Position numbers and translations under genes: made by a program. The notes below the pieces were generated by a model. It was not told where the DNA came from. It was given only the letters and a program-made list of their open reading frames with translations, and searched no databases. Below are positions 23,819 through 38,411 of a stretch of 64,000 nucleotides of DNA, one piece after another. This DNA comes from Trichosphaerium sp. ATCC 40318. Lineage: Eukaryota; Protista; Tubulinea. Each line of letters begins with the position of its first letter. Within the stretch, counting starts at the first letter, position 1. The DNA lies in contig JALMLS010000281.1 in NCBI GenBank assembly GCA_038496445.1, positions 62,001-126,000 of the forward strand. Reading direction: 5' to 3'.

Positions 23819-26800
23819 TCACAGCTTTGATAAATCATACAAAACATCAAGTAGCGTACTGGTAGACCATGCTTGACAAGGACAGCTATCTCTAATCGAA
23901 GTAGTTAGTGATCCAGTATTTAGGAAAAAACGGGAAAGATGTTTGTTTGTTGAACATTTTTCTTCACGTGCCTACAAAACTGTCCATCTTTGTTAGTCAG
24001 TTCAGGTAATGAACGCCACGGTGAAGAGTTAAGGGCTTTGTAGTGGCGCATTAATATATTATTAACATCATGACGTTTCTCAACTTTACTAGTTGATTTG
24101 CTAAATATTGTCTTCGCTCGTAAGAAGTATCCTGTAGGCCATAACCATTCTGGTCCTTGGTGATAGTTCCAACCTTTAGCTATTGGTTTAATTGTACCAT
24201 CGTCAGCATTGTTATAGTACGGCTGATAATTCCAGTCGTCAGGGTCTAAAATACCAATAAGACCAAAGAAATTCAGAGGGTTTTTTAAAGAAGAAGATAA
24301 ACACTTGTTTTCAACGAGGATTTCAAATACATGCCCAAAGTTTTCATGCCAAGAGGTCCTAGAAGATGTTTTTCAACAATATCTAAGCAACGTTGGGCAT
24401 GCTCCTTTTTGAATAGTTCTGGAGCCTAGCAAAAAACTGTTAGATGAAAACTCACAGAAAAAACCCAACTTACCACTGCCATTGCAACACAAAGATTAGG
24501 GCGAAGTTGATAGTCTGTGAAAGGTATTTGAGACCCAAATACATCCTTATAAATACCGCGCTTGTTAACCAATTTCGGGTCAATACTGTAACCTAAACAA
24601 CAATGTAAATATAAGGAATTTTTGTTTACAGTTTGAAAACAGTTCAAAAGAAAAGGCAGGTGACCTTCTGTGTTGCCCTCAGGAATATAAAAAGCCTTCT
24701 CAAAGTTGTCTTGAAGGCGGTCATTCCATTCTTGGTAAGAAAGAGATGTTCCTAGATATACGTCATTAAACAATAATGTGATAAATGTAATCATACCATC
24801 AGACAGTGTAACTCCATTGTGCTCAAAAGAAGGTTCAGAAATTAACCAACGTAATGTAGACTTGAGTAATCCTATTATTTCTATAGGGGCTCCATCTCTT
24901 GGAGTTGCTGGAAATCCGTGATTACCAGCCTTCTTTGACTCTCCTAGAAAGTAGTAAATAAACCAAAAGTAAAACTTGTATTGAATAGATTTACCCATCT
25001 TGTCCATCCAAGTACCACAATTGAACTTATTTCCGCCGCTAATGATACCAGTATTTGGATCCAATCGAATAGAAACATTAAAACCTTCGTCCCTTTATCA
25101 TAAAACAGTTAGTATAAAAATCTACCTACAAAGAGCTCTTTGTTTTTTGCCAAGAAAGTTCATACTTCATTTTATCATCAATGGATGTTCCAGCATTACG
25201 CTCTCTGAATGAAATACCTTTAGCATGGCGCTCCATTATCTCCTAGAATATTACTGTGAGTCAAACAATACTCTATCAAATCAACTCTCAACAAGGTACC
25301 TGAACGACTTGTTTTAATGGCATCTCGGCTTTGGATGGTTGTCCATCAAAGACATAATCATCTGTAGGGAACAATCTCCACACAGTAGACTCCAGAATCT
25401 TCGCTCCTTCAGGAGCAAGATTACAGTAATCTTGAATACTTTGTAGAAAGAACCAAGTAGCATCTCTACAGTTATACCTACAATTCCTTCCAGAATCCAA
25501 AAGGTTTGGAATTAGACCATGGCGGAGTGTCTACAGAAATAAGTTAACTCCTTTAAGTACTTTGTTTTGAAGACTTTGAGCTTACACTAGCGAATCCAAT
25601 GATTATATCTTTAGCTTCACTATATCTACCAGTGACAAGAAGAATACCTCTCAAAGAGATAAATGTATCACGTCCCCAAGTACGCATATATCCAGTTGAA
25701 AAGTGTGGAAGACCAGCAGCCATAGATATCGCCATGTTATTATTTTTATACTATACAAACATGTGTAAGAAGAGTGACATCAAAAGAATAAAATGATAGC
25801 CGTACAGATGCTCTGTCAGATGCAATGAGAGGTGCGCTGTTGATTATACCAGTAACTTGTGCAGCAGTCATTGCAAGGCTCTTTATAAATGGAGATCCTT
25901 CTTTAACAAACGTGCTGTAGATATTGGTATTCGCATAAGCGATTGTAGTGAGATAGAACTTATTAATGACCTTATCAAAGTAGTGTGGAATCAAGTGTCT
26001 AACTAATCCTTTAATCTACAAAAAAATGTAAGTCACCTGAGTTCAAATGTTTTTGCTTACAGCATCAAAGTACTTTGATAACCAACTCTTCAATTTATCA
26101 TATTTAGGTCGTCTGGAAAGACGGCGAATAATGTAGTCCATAGCCCAGTTTCCTTGTCTGAGGTTATCAAACAAAGGATGACCCATATCATTACGAGATC
26201 TACAAACACGAGTGGTCAACAAACTATTAGTTCTAAACAAAATACCTTATATCATCAAGCATAGTTACAAATCCTTGGATCCCACTATATACACTAGGAA
26301 CTCCAGATACGCCATATGTACCATCTTTTCCATTTGACGCATCCCTACACAAGTAAAGTTACAATCAGTGTGAACAATATCGTTAAAGCTGTACCTTTCT
26401 TCTGGATCACAGCTGTAAAATATGTATTGTATATCAGCGAGAGTGATGCCTTCTAAGGCACCCCACAATTCTGTATCTTTTTCCAATGCATTGATTACAT
26501 TCAAAGAGTTTTGTGCTCCCTCAGGAGGCTCAACTTCATAGCACATAATGCTACCAGGAGGGAAGTTCTTCCAATGAATTGCCTTGATTTTTATCTAAGC
26601 ACTTGGATTGCACGCTGTGACGTACATGAATATGACCTCCATTTGCTTTTACAGAAAACACATGAGATAAATCATCGTCGCCAGTAAGAATCTCAAGCTC
26701 TGAAGGGAGTCCAACAATACAATCGCTTTCAGGAACCTAAAATAGGTTCAGTAAAACTCTAAAAGAAAATTGTTTTACTACCTTTGCGTTATTCGCAAGC

Positions 26801-29800
26801 TTTAGTCTTGCGTAGCATATAACCTTTTTTAGCTTTCCTTGCAGAAGTACATATGACGGTGGTTCAGTAGAAAACGGTTTAGAGAAGGCTGTATGACAAG
26901 ACATATAGACAGAACTAAAAGAAAAAAAAACTTAGCATCGATTTTGTAACAACGTGCTTACCGATTGTTTTCTGGATTATGTCTCTGAGCTGTTATCAAA
27001 TTACCTTCTTGGTGAATGTGTAGCTCAGTAAACCCTTCTTCACACAGCATACTATAAAATGTTAACAACGAGAAAAAAACAAAATCAGTCTGTAGCCAAA
27101 AATGAAGTGTTTCCTTGAAACAGACTTGCGTTACCTATGGATTTGATTTAAATACTTTCTAGCATGTGCCATTCCTGGTAATTCACCCTTTGGAATAGTA
27201 GTATACTTCCTTTAAAGATAAATAAGTAAACATGGTATATACGAACAATCACGTACTTAGTCACTTTTACTAGGTTAATATGTTTTGCTACTAGTTCGTC
27301 ATAACCTCTTGTAGTACCAACATCGGCGTCACACATTGCGATAAGTGCAGAAGTAGTAAGACTATTTTCAGCAGTCCTACACGTGATTTAATCCAAACTT
27401 TAATAATGTAAAGTTCACTACTACCTCTTCTCAGCTGGCACTTCATTATCATGTGTGCAATCCATAAACAAAGCAGGTGGAACTGAAGGTTGTAGAGAAA
27501 TAATTTCAGTGTCGCAGCTCGAAGGAGTCTTGGAAAAGAACGATTGAGAGAATTTACAAGCAACTGATCCGATTGGTTTTCCACCATAACGATGACACAT
27601 ACGACCAAGGTCCCAAGAATCACCTACAAACGAATGATTAATACTACTGCATCCACATTGAATAAAAACGGGCAAACTTACTACTTTGCATGCCCTCGCG
27701 GACAACTGAATTGATACCAAGTTGACTAATGTACAACTAAACAAATGAAATCAGCATTTCTTACTGGGCAAAACAATGTAGCATGCTACAGACCTTATCG
27801 ATATCTTCGCTACCAGTAAACAACTCTGCTGTAATGTACAGGTTTGATTTAACAGATCTCGCTGCATCAATGAGGTACCTAAACAAGGAAAAAGTTAGCA
27901 AGACGAAATCTTTTAAATGGAAACAAACCTTGCTACGTGAATTGGAGTGGAATGACAATTATCAACCCTAAAGGCATGTGATATAGATGCCATTTGTTTA
28001 GAATATGTTGCCATGTAGTCCCATAACCATGGACTATCTTCTCGGCAAGAACCATATCTAACTAGAAATAAGTAACGCCTTGATTTAAAGCACAATACTG
28101 TACCGTAGTTTGATCGTATCTCCCCAGTTAATAAGCTCACGCCTCAAATAAGGGCGAGTTTCATTATCTGCAGCGAAATCTACAAGTGGATCGCCAGCCC
28201 ATATCCAACCGTTGTTGGCACAATGACCGATTGTCTTGCCATCCTACAATGCTTAAGCTTCCCCAAAAAAACTTGAACAATACCTTTATGATTGGGTTAA
28301 AGTAGGACCAAACAAGCAAGTTCTCCTCTGTAAGTGTCCCTCTTTTATCGCCATGTCCATCAAGGAATTCATACTGAATACGGTTCCTCAAGTTTGTCAA
28401 GGCAGCCCTTTAAAAATTTGGTGTCAATACTCAAAACAAAAATTGTTTCAATATGCCTTACTTTATATCTTCATCATACTGCCTGTATAGCTCTAAATTA
28501 TACAATTCAATTGCGGCATTTAATCTTCTAAACCTTTCTTCTTCAGTATCATAACCTCCATAGAGCTAGAATACATTTAACAAGCTACTTAATCATGGCA
28601 CATCAACGAACCTCTGCTAACTTCTCAGGTCGAAATGTTGTACCATTACGCTTCCATAATTTGTTTTCTATGAGAGCCTTTTCTATGAGAAACTTCTGTA
28701 TCTCTGGGCGTGTCATTGATGCTGCTAGTTTGTTACGATTTTTCGCTGTCTTTAAATAATCCTCAAAGTCTTTAGCTACTTTTTCAACTGATACAGTAAA
28801 GAACTCCCAGAGTTTCAATGGCGGAATAATCTCTTGCTTTACAATATCCATAACAGACTCCTTGAATTTATGACACGTTGGATCATTACCCACGTGATAT
28901 TTACTAGCATACTTTCCTGCAATAAGATCAGAAGTAAGTTTTACTAGAGCCTAAAAAGCATTAGACAAGAAGATTGGGTTCGTTTAACTCACCTGATCTA
29001 GTTCAAATGCTGGGATTAAGTGAGGACAATTTTCTAGATTATATGTTGCTTCTGGATGATCTCCAACCCATGGAGCGTTGTGAGCGCAGTGATTCCATAC
29101 AACATCAACCATAGTGAGCAAGCCATGATTTTCCTTTTTCAAAAAAAATAAGCGAAGTTTCGTGCAGACAAATGCTTTACCGCCATTGAGGAAGTGCGCT
29201 TTTCCATGAGTGCCATTTTTTCGGATTCTGCAACGAAAGCGTTACAAAAAAATATATATATCCACGTGACCTATCACGTGCTTACCTTGCAATTGTTGTC
29301 CAGGAAATAGATAGTTTGCAAGCATAGAATGATCGTACAATGAGTACGCAGACTTTGAAGCACCTAGCTCTTGAAGAGGAGTGAAATGAATCATATTATA
29401 GCCTATTAAGTTAACATTAATTAACTCATCATCATAGCATTCTTACCAAGCTCGGACGCATGCCCGAGATGAGACTCCCAGTCTTCCAGTGCGCCTACAC
29501 ACTTAACCAGAAGCGTTTGAACGCTGACGCCTCCAACAGGTATTTTTTTACCTAGACAACAATTCAGCTCCTTGGCCATAACCTTGAACTCCGTAAACAA
29601 TATTACCTCCTTTACCCTGAAGCTCAGGGTCAATCACAAAGTATCCATTTGTTTTTGTAGACTCTGGTTTCCCTTCCCACTCAAGACGGTAGTCAAAGGA
29701 ACCTTTGTCCGATTAATACAATGCCGTTAAGATATGTTTGACAAACCTCGGTGCCCAGATAAGTTAATTGTAACATACCAATCATCAGACCCTGAGTACT

Positions 29801-30087
29801 CGCTAATTTAAAACGTCAGGTAGCTGTAGGAATTGATTGCGTACCATGAGAGCGTATTGTACGTTTCTCGCTCAAAAACGTCACCTTTTTTCGTTAAACT
29901 GTAAAGTTAATGCTAATGGTAGCGTACTTGATGATGTGGGATAGTTTGTAAGCAAACGTGGCTTTTTCAAGCAAACCGGGCTACCAAGCGGTAGTATAAA
30001 GCGTAGTTTACCCGTACTAGGGCAGTTAATGCCTGTGCCATTAAAAGGAGGCAAACCGGACGCCTGCAACGTGATGGTATAAATCAT
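23819..30087 (-). CDS. AGL: Glycogen debranching enzyme (many exons)
   Basis: [103 protein letters not shown] and QAWS. Confidence 0.97.
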
Positions 30088-30779
30088 GTCACAACAGTTA
30101 ACGCTGAACACGTTCAATTATGCAGAGCGTTATCAATTCGTCCGAAATATAGCGAAATTTACAGCTTTGACTTATCCTCCTTAAGTTTTATTGGCAAAAA
30201 CATCAACAACAAGCGCAACCTGAGAAGAACTCGAGAAATATTGACTATCTCAGGCGCTACCACGCGACAGGAACCTTTATGGTACGTGAGAACTTATTTT
30301 GTGAGCTATTTAGCTTCTGTTTTATTTTTATGAAGAAACAAAATCAAGCAACAGGAACATGAATTCTATGATTTTAAACCGTGCGGGTGATGCCGTACCT
30401 GAAAAACTTTTAAATCTTTCGAACTTTGCTTATTCGTTAGTTCTCTTTGCTTATGCATTATTATTAGACCCTTTGCATTGCCAATCGCTCAAACTAGGCA
30501 TCGCACCTGATTCTGTTGTGTTTCTTAAAACCGAACAAGATATCTTGTGAAGATGCGCTACGACGAGTCTTTAAACCCCTTTGTGGCTTTTATTCAGACT
30601 AGCTGGGTGTAGTAATACCCATGCCTGGTAAGTCTGAGAAAAAGTGTTCTTACCGATACGATGTGACATACACATACCCTTTTATGTGGGCTTGGGAAAA
30701 TTATGGACGCTATACATTGCGTAATGTCAATTGTGTTGGTGATTAAAATACATTTGTACAGTGCCATGTTGCTTTCGCC

Positions 30780-31503
30780 TTACAGCACACCACAGTCTAC
30801 TATGCGTGGTTGCTTATCATTGGGTATTCTACCCATATGCACGCGCTCTGCAATGAGTTGTTGTTCGATCTTTTTTACGACGTCCATGCCCTGAACTAAA
30901 TTTAATACAATATCTTTGTATTTGTATCACGCACGTCTATTACCTTGCCGAACACTACGTGCTTCTTGTCGTACACGGGCGTCGGTTGTAGTGTAATAAA
31001 AAATTGGCTAGCATTTGTATTTTTGCCTGTGTTCTACAATCGCATATTAGTAGTGTTAACGTATGTCAGTAAACGTACCGCCATTGACAAAGTACCAATG
31101 TTAGCGTGTTTTAATTTGAAATTTTCGTCTCTAAATTTGCGCCCATATATGCTGTCGCCACCAGAGCCGTCTTGGGCAACGATGTCACCTATTATATTAT
31201 TAATTCACCAAACTTTTTTATTAAACTTGCCCCCTTGTACAAAAATATGGTCTTGGACGCGGTGGAAGGTGCAATCTTTGTAATGTAAGGGTTTTCCTGA
31301 TTTCCCAACGCCTTTTTCTCCAGAGCAAAGATATAAGAAATTCTTCGCTGTTTTTGGAACTACGTTAGCGTATACTTCCATCACGAGCCTTCCGGCGATT
31401 TCGTTGTTGATCGCTATTTCCATGTAGCATTTTGGGTTTTCTTTCTTCTGTTGTGGCACTCCATTAGTCGCTATACGTATTCCAAACGTACTTTTTTACT
31501 CAT
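30780..31503 (-). CDS. Cyclophilin-type peptidyl-prolyl isomerase
   Basis: [61 protein letters not shown] and KHVVFGK. The start is approximate. Confidence 0.93.
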
Positions 31504-31871
31504 TGCTTTATTTCATGTCATTATACTAAAGTAAGAAAACTTAATTCACGTATTGTCGAGAACATTTAAATATCTTTAGTAACGCACAACGGTGAGTTAC
31601 ATGTGCACTTATCACGTGTACAATAGTGTCAATCACATGGTTATTGAATACGAACTAGGCTGGTTTATAATTGGCATATGCGTTGTGAGGAAGGAAACTG
31701 GGGAATGATCGAGTTTGTCGGAAAATAATTTTAAGTCACTTTTTTTTTATCTAGTTTTATTATTACGAAACTCTCAAGTGCTCCAACAGCAACTACAAGC
31801 ACCGGAAATTTAAAAAAACGTGCCCCATTGAACTTTGATGGCATTCTCAACCACTCTAAAAAAAAGAAAGC

Positions 31872-34289
31872 GTGTATGTACCAAGCCGGTTAAAGCCCAT
31901 TGCCACAGGTTTAAAAAGGTGTGTCGCCGACAACCGGGGTGTTTCCGGTTTGCTGGGTTTGAACAGCAAGGTATTTACGCAGAATTCGAACAAAAGTGCT
32001 CCAGGCGTAAGTAAAACAATACAAAATAGCATAGAAGACGTTGACAGTACCTTAGATAACACGCCAGAGGCTTGTATACAAAATCAGAAGCTCTTAGACT
32101 TGGACAGTGAAGCACGGTATTGGAAGTTAAAATTCGAAGCGACACAACAAGAGAGCAACGAGAAACAAGGGGTATCGCAACTTCGAGTACGTATTTCAAC
32201 AAACTACAAACGATTGAGAACTCATTCAAAAACAAAGGCAAACACGCAGAATCATCATAGCGTTGTATGGAGAGTATCTGCTTATCTTAAAATATCATCT
32301 TCCGTTGAGTGGTGGCTTAGAGTCTACAACGAAAGATTACTTCATACGCTGGTAATAGTTTTTAGCTGAAAAGTTTTTATTGCAAAATAGTTTGACTTTG
32401 CAACCTTTTTTGTCGTTTCTGGTGTGAAAACTGACCAAAATTGGGTGGTTACCTTACAACTTTGGAAGGTAAATAGAAGCAACTAATCTTATTTATGAAA
32501 AGGGTATTCCAACTACACGATGGACGAATAACGACATTGAAGCAATAGGTGGTGAATTTAGTACGTTATTTTTCATAAAAACAAGCTCTAGGATGTTTTA
32601 ACGGCTGTGATCTCTCAAAATGATCTAATTGACGCCAAATTTGATGAAACCGCGCAGAGTTCGTTTTTTCTTACGTGCTGTGTTTGTTTAGCGCCTTGGA
32701 CAAGCTGTCCTGAGAATGTTGAGCTGTTAGGCATTCTGGCGGTTGGAGCACAAGAAACTGGGTGCCTAAAAGACGCTGGGCGTATTTACAACTGCGCGAA
32801 AGCAGTAATGCGTAACTCACCCAAGACAATCCACCCTTGTATAGCCAGTACGTTAGTAAGCTTATTGACCCGTGTTAATCGTATATTTGTCAGTTGGAAA
32901 GGTATTATTGGGTGACTATTGTAGAGAAGCGGGAAAAACCTCAGAGGCGTTTGCTTTCTACAAGGAAGGAGCAGGTGCGGCTTTTTTACAATTTGGGAAT
33001 TTTTTTTTGATACAACGCCGTAAAAGTACGCGGAATCAATATATATACTCACATATGCGCGTGTGATGGGTTAATAATGGCGTTTTTCTGTTGGAACGAA
33101 GTGAAAATTCTTACCCTTTTTTTTAGACATGATTCGCGAGCTATTGCAAGGTACTTGTTTAAAGAAGGACATCTCTACACAACTTGAGGCTACATCAAAC
33201 CGACTCAAATCATTCACTCCAAATTTTCTTACAAACAGGTAAGCATTTTGTTGCTTGTTTTTGTAGTTGGCTTTTTCTAATACTTTTGAAGGGTTACTGA
33301 GCTTGGGAATCTCACTTCATTGTATGAAGATGTAGTGTATAAAAATACTTCATTGAAGGACCCTACACATGAACAAGTTGCGACAACTTTGTGGGTGATA
33401 TGTGCGAAGGTACTTAATTTCTGAAAAAAAAACCATTCTAATAAGAACGTTTAGATTTGGTATACTATTTCGACTACATCACCTTCTTCGATTGTTGAAT
33501 CGTGTCATATACCTTTGGATTCACTAAAACGAATAGTACGTCATATTTTGGTAACATACATGTAGTTTACTTATGTTGTTTAAAGAGCAAAGATGAAGCA
33601 AATCAATTTTTATCAACACTGAACTGGTTACATTGTTTCTCAAATGACATGTTTCAAAACTGCCATTATAAAGTCTCTACGTATTGGGATACTTTTATTA
33701 AGTTTATTTCATCATTTGTATACTTTGCTGGAGGATTTCCAAATGAAGCATTAGAGGTACGTGTTAACACAACGAGATATAATTTTTTTTTGGATTGTTT
33801 TATTTTTGTTAACTTATTCGTTTTTGTAGTGTGCCAGAGAGGCCTTCAATGAGTATTCATCAGGTAGAACGAAACCTAAAACTGATATAGTGATGCTGTG
33901 TATCCTTGTCGATACTTGCACACTAGCAATACACTTGAAGGACGCAGATTTATTCACTAAGGTAAATAATTATTAACTTTGTCAAAGTGTGAAAAAATGA
34001 CTTACTCCGACGACCAAAACTTACTAATCTCCAGGTGTTTGATTTCACGTTTAAGACATATCCTGCAGATGATTTCAAGCCATATTTGAGGCATGTATTC
34101 ATCTGTAATACGTAAAACATTAACAACTTAATTAGTGCTCTACTTAAACTGGCAAATGATACAGAGCTTGAATATTCGAAGGGTACAATGTTTAACATGC
34201 TCTTTGATCTTCCTGAAGAACAAGAACAACATCGTTATGATTCGCCTCCTCCTTCGCCATCGGGAAATACAATTGAATATCCAGAATAG
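31872..34289 (+). CDS. Unknown multi-exon, probably helical-repeat protein
   Basis: A chain of open exons bounded by GT-AG, ending ...DSPPPSPSGNTIEYPE*. No family recognised and the start is uncertain. Confidence 0.4.
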
Positions 34290-35650
34290 ATCATGTTGAG
34301 TATTCAATAAACAAGTGTACACTAAAAAAACTTGTATCGAAATTGCATTCTTTCGTGAATTGAAAAAAGCCGAAGACTTGTCACATCTTATAAACCACTA
34401 TGCCAAGCGTATTAACACACTAGTTGTCTGTGGCAAACGTGATCTGAAACGTGATTTACCTAGATCGGTGTTGCGGCACGGAAAAAATTATTTGTTGCGC
34501 TTTAGCGTATGTATGGGCGTATTGGGTTATCATAGAATGACCATAGCCCCAATTTATCAAAAACCGTTTGAGACCTAGCAAACCACCGCAATATTCACAA
34601 TGAGATGTAAAGAAATTGTATACGATTGAATCGTCGTTGCTGGGGCATCCTACTTTGAAAACAAGAGATCTTGTCGTTTCCTAAAATACTTTACTCCTTC
34701 TTGATGTTGAAGAATCTGTACCTATACGCGTTGGGCACCATTATAGGACTTGTCGGTTCGTTTAAAGTGTAATTGCATTTTTTTTTTTTGCAACTATTTT
34801 TCCGTTTTGGCAAAGTTCATCTGTATGACCTTAGTAGCGCTCTAGCGTGCGTTTAGGAAAAACGGGTAATGTGCATTATCCTTGGATACCATTTTTATTT
34901 TGTGGTTATGAAATACGTGCATAAAAGCGAGTTGCAATTACTCAAATATCGATTGGGTATTGGAGATTATTGGCTTATTTGCATTGCTGGTGTTCTTAAG
35001 GTTTATTGGCTGCATATGTGGTTGCATTGATGACTTGATTGGTAAGATTGTCAGGTAAGCTTTTTTTTTAACGAATAAGTGATGGACCAGGGTATTGTAA
35101 AACCCTGCCGTTTATTTTTGTCGGAATTCTGACAACATCTTCGGCACATTTTTTTTTTATATTCTGTTTCGTGCGTTGTAAAGCGCATTTATTCTCCACC
35201 TTTCACCCTTTGCTACTATGATTATATTAATTTTATTACTTTAAAGCAAAGGAATTGCCGGTCGGCTTCAGAGCTGGTGCAAAAACGCACGTGTTTCCAA
35301 AAAAAAAAAAAAAGAAGATTTAAAGTAGAACAATTGTTGCTTGTGTCACTTATCACTGATGTTTACAATTATTTTTGTCGTCTTTTTGAATAAAAAAGTC
35401 ACTCAATCGGCCTTGTTTATTTGCACTTCTATTTGACAACGATGAGACGGCGTAAGTCTTTTAGTAGAAACTCGTTTGATTCCCTTTTCAACTTTCTGAT
35501 GTTTGATACAGTTTACTCTTTGGGTGGAGGTAAAGGTGACATACCTCATCCATCTTTACTTATTAATGAAATATGTTGCTGTTTTAAAAATAAACTATTT
35601 ATTAAACGGATGGCCATTGCGTTAGTGCAGTAAATTGTTTGATAGTACAA

Positions 35651-37590
35651 TTATTTCTCTCCTACTTCAACAGTTGTTCCTGGAGCAAAGAAGTTGAGGA
35701 CTTCAGCTTTCTTTTCTGGTGTAAACTCGCTTTCTTTGTCGACTGGCCAAACATAGAATCCTAAGAGATAAACGTAAGTACTCTGTATCATTTGGTTGAC
35801 AATATCTTTACCTTGAATGGTTCCATTACTTCCTGGCCATGCCCAATGATTTACACCATAAACAACCATCTTGGCATTCGTATTCAGATTAACAGCAACA
35901 ATAGTTTTGTCTTTGTCGGATCTGGTCTTGTCAATCACGTGCCCTTTAAACAAAGTAAGAAACAGAACACAATTGCAAAAAAGAGAAAACTTGTACGATA
36001 CCTTTTGTATTGAAAGTGATTTGTATGCGAGGATGCTCATGTACAACACCATCATATTTTACTGCAGTAATTTCGTATCTACGCCATTTTGGAGAGTCTC
36101 CAGTTGGAGTTCTTCCGTCACTGCCATTCCCGGTATTGGATCCAGGTTTGGATCCAGGTTTCGATCCAGTATTAGATCCAGGTTTTGATCCAGTATTGGA
36201 TCCTGGTTTTGATCCAGGCTTCGATCCAGTATTAGATACTGGGCTAGATCCAGGCTTTGGTACAGGTGTTGAACCAGGGAAGGGTTCTGCGGGAGAATTG
36301 TTTGACCATGGTTTACCATCAGCAGTTTCGAATCGAAATAGTTGATTGTCGCCATCGTGGTTTGTCCACTGTTGTATAGCCTCACCAGGATTCTTGCTTG
36401 AGTTTGGAACCTCTAGAGCCTTACCAGAATTGACGTTGATAAGGCTGAAAACTGAAAAGACAGAGTTAGATGGTAAAAGACAAAAGATAAGAAGAACGTA
36501 CATCCATCTTTCTTTAGTTCAAGGTAATAAAGTTGATTATCATGGCCGTGATAATGATATTCAATAAGTTTAGCACCGTCTTTAGTGCTTCCTCCAGTCA
36601 CATCTATTCCCTATAGAAACGAAGTGTTATCAAGAATGCGAATACAAGTCAACAGCCACAAATATACACAATGCTATCTGAACATACCTTTCCAGAAAAC
36701 TTGACGAGAATGTTGTACGCTGGTTTTCCATTGACGTCCTTTTTCTTTTCCAAATAGAAGAGTTGAGAGTCATCACCAATCTTTTGAGTATTTTGGATGA
36801 TTGGTGTAAGATCGTCTTTCTTATCACCTTAAAAATTGACTTAGACCGTTGAAGTTCATCAATCCTTTTGTACCTCGTACATCGAGAACCAATCCACTGT
36901 TCTTGTTTTTAATGTAAATAGGTCCAATTTTATCAGGTAGAGGCAATGTAATAATATCAGGTACTGCCTTCAATTTGAATTGAATACATGGAGGTGCTGA
37001 TGGTGCCGAATTGACAGCTATTAATGGCCTACACAGTACCCATCCACCACCTTGCATATCCGTGAGCTTTGGTACAGGTACCATAACATAAGCTTCAGTG
37101 TTCACAAGGCGTATATTCGAATCTACAACCAAAGTCAACGAAGTTGTTTCTAAAACCTACAAAAAAAGATAAAAAACGTACACCCTGGGTGTTGTTTGTC
37201 ATCTTCAATCCACCAAAGTTGAAGATCAGTAAGTTTTTCGGCATGATCTTCAACTAAAAGACCAGTTTCAGGTTTTTCTCTTGTGCCCTGTTGCCTGACT
37301 TGTAGAATTTTGTCTTTCTTAAAAAAAAGTGTCAGATTTAAGAAGCTAAGCTTGCTGTAATGGACTAAAAGTATTTCCCAGCGTACATAGAAAGGGTCGG
37401 TAGTATTATAAACAGTGATTCTATAAGCAGGTTTTCCACCAACATCTCGCTCATGTTTGATTACCCACGCATGCAAACGTTGTTTGTTGTGCAGAGGCAT
37501 ATCGTTTATGTGCCAACGTGTATGACCTAGGCCAAGACCATAGTCGTTAATACCGACAATATAGGAAGGTGTGCCAAGAGATTTTTGCAT
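35651..37590 (-). CDS. Ricin-B (beta-trefoil) lectin protein, copy A: N-domain, one lectin module, (GSKP/GSNT)n linker, C-domain
   Basis: IKNKNSGLVLDV, GAKLIEYHYHGHDNQLY and LINVNSGKALEVPNSSKNPGEAIQQWTNHDGDNQLF are QxW-type subrepeats. Paralogue of 43542-46960. Confidence 0.85.
36130..36270 (-). repeat. 12-nt coding minisatellite (GSKP/GSNT linker)
   Basis: Units gatccaggtttg / gatccagtatta repeat about 9-10 times. Confidence 0.9.
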
Positions 37591-38411
37591 TTTGAGATGA
37601 TTTGTTGTTGTTGTTGAGGTTTGTGTTTGTTTATTATGATGGTTTTGGTCTGTAGTTTTTGGGTATCAAATCTGACAATCAGAAAATAAAGAACGCTACT
37701 TTTATTCAGATAATTTTTGCACATCCCGTCAATGCGCTTGTACTAGTAAGCGCCGGCGTAATAAACCACTTCATAGGTGTTTTCAGCATCCTAGCTGAGA
37801 ATAATTTTTGAGGACTTGCTATAATTTAATTAGCGTTTCTGTGCGTAGCTTTCCGTTAGTTGGCAACGCATTAATAACTTAAGAGAATTAAAATAGCAAT
37901 GTTGATATCATATTTTTCGAAGTTAGAAAAAAGATTATTGTTCACGTGCGTGTACAAATACAAATATCAACTTGACCTGAATGAGTGTCAAATAAGACAA
38001 TTAATAACGCTTCGCACCAAATACCTACCCTAAAAGTGAGATAAACTACTCTCAGTGACAAGTGACACTTTGCCATTTGCCTTGCGACGAAAGTTCTAAT
38101 AATGGTATCACATCCTTCTTTACAACAATACTATGCGAAATAGAGCCTTAGGCGTCCTATCATGCGCGAAGCAAAGCATAACTTCAATCGAAGCAGCTGT
38201 TCCAACAAAACAATCGCGTGCTAAATGTATCCTGCTTTAATGCACAGGTACAGTCACTTTTCACGATGAGCAATAAGTGCGATATTTTAACAACAAAAAG
38301 AAATTAAACAAGTTTTTTTGAAAGGAGTTGATGAAGCACAGGTACACCGGGAAGTGCTACTAAACGATTCTTGAATATTGCAACAATCATTACGCCGAAA
38401 AAGCCTTTTTT

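Noticed and set aside
28440-28470. Apparent GC donor in AGL
   Set aside because: A canonical gtaagg donor a few bases earlier explains the junction.
36010-36385. Alternative-frame and antisense ORFs over the lectin genes (also 44181-44564, 45026-45310)
   Set aside because: Shadows of low-complexity coding repeats.
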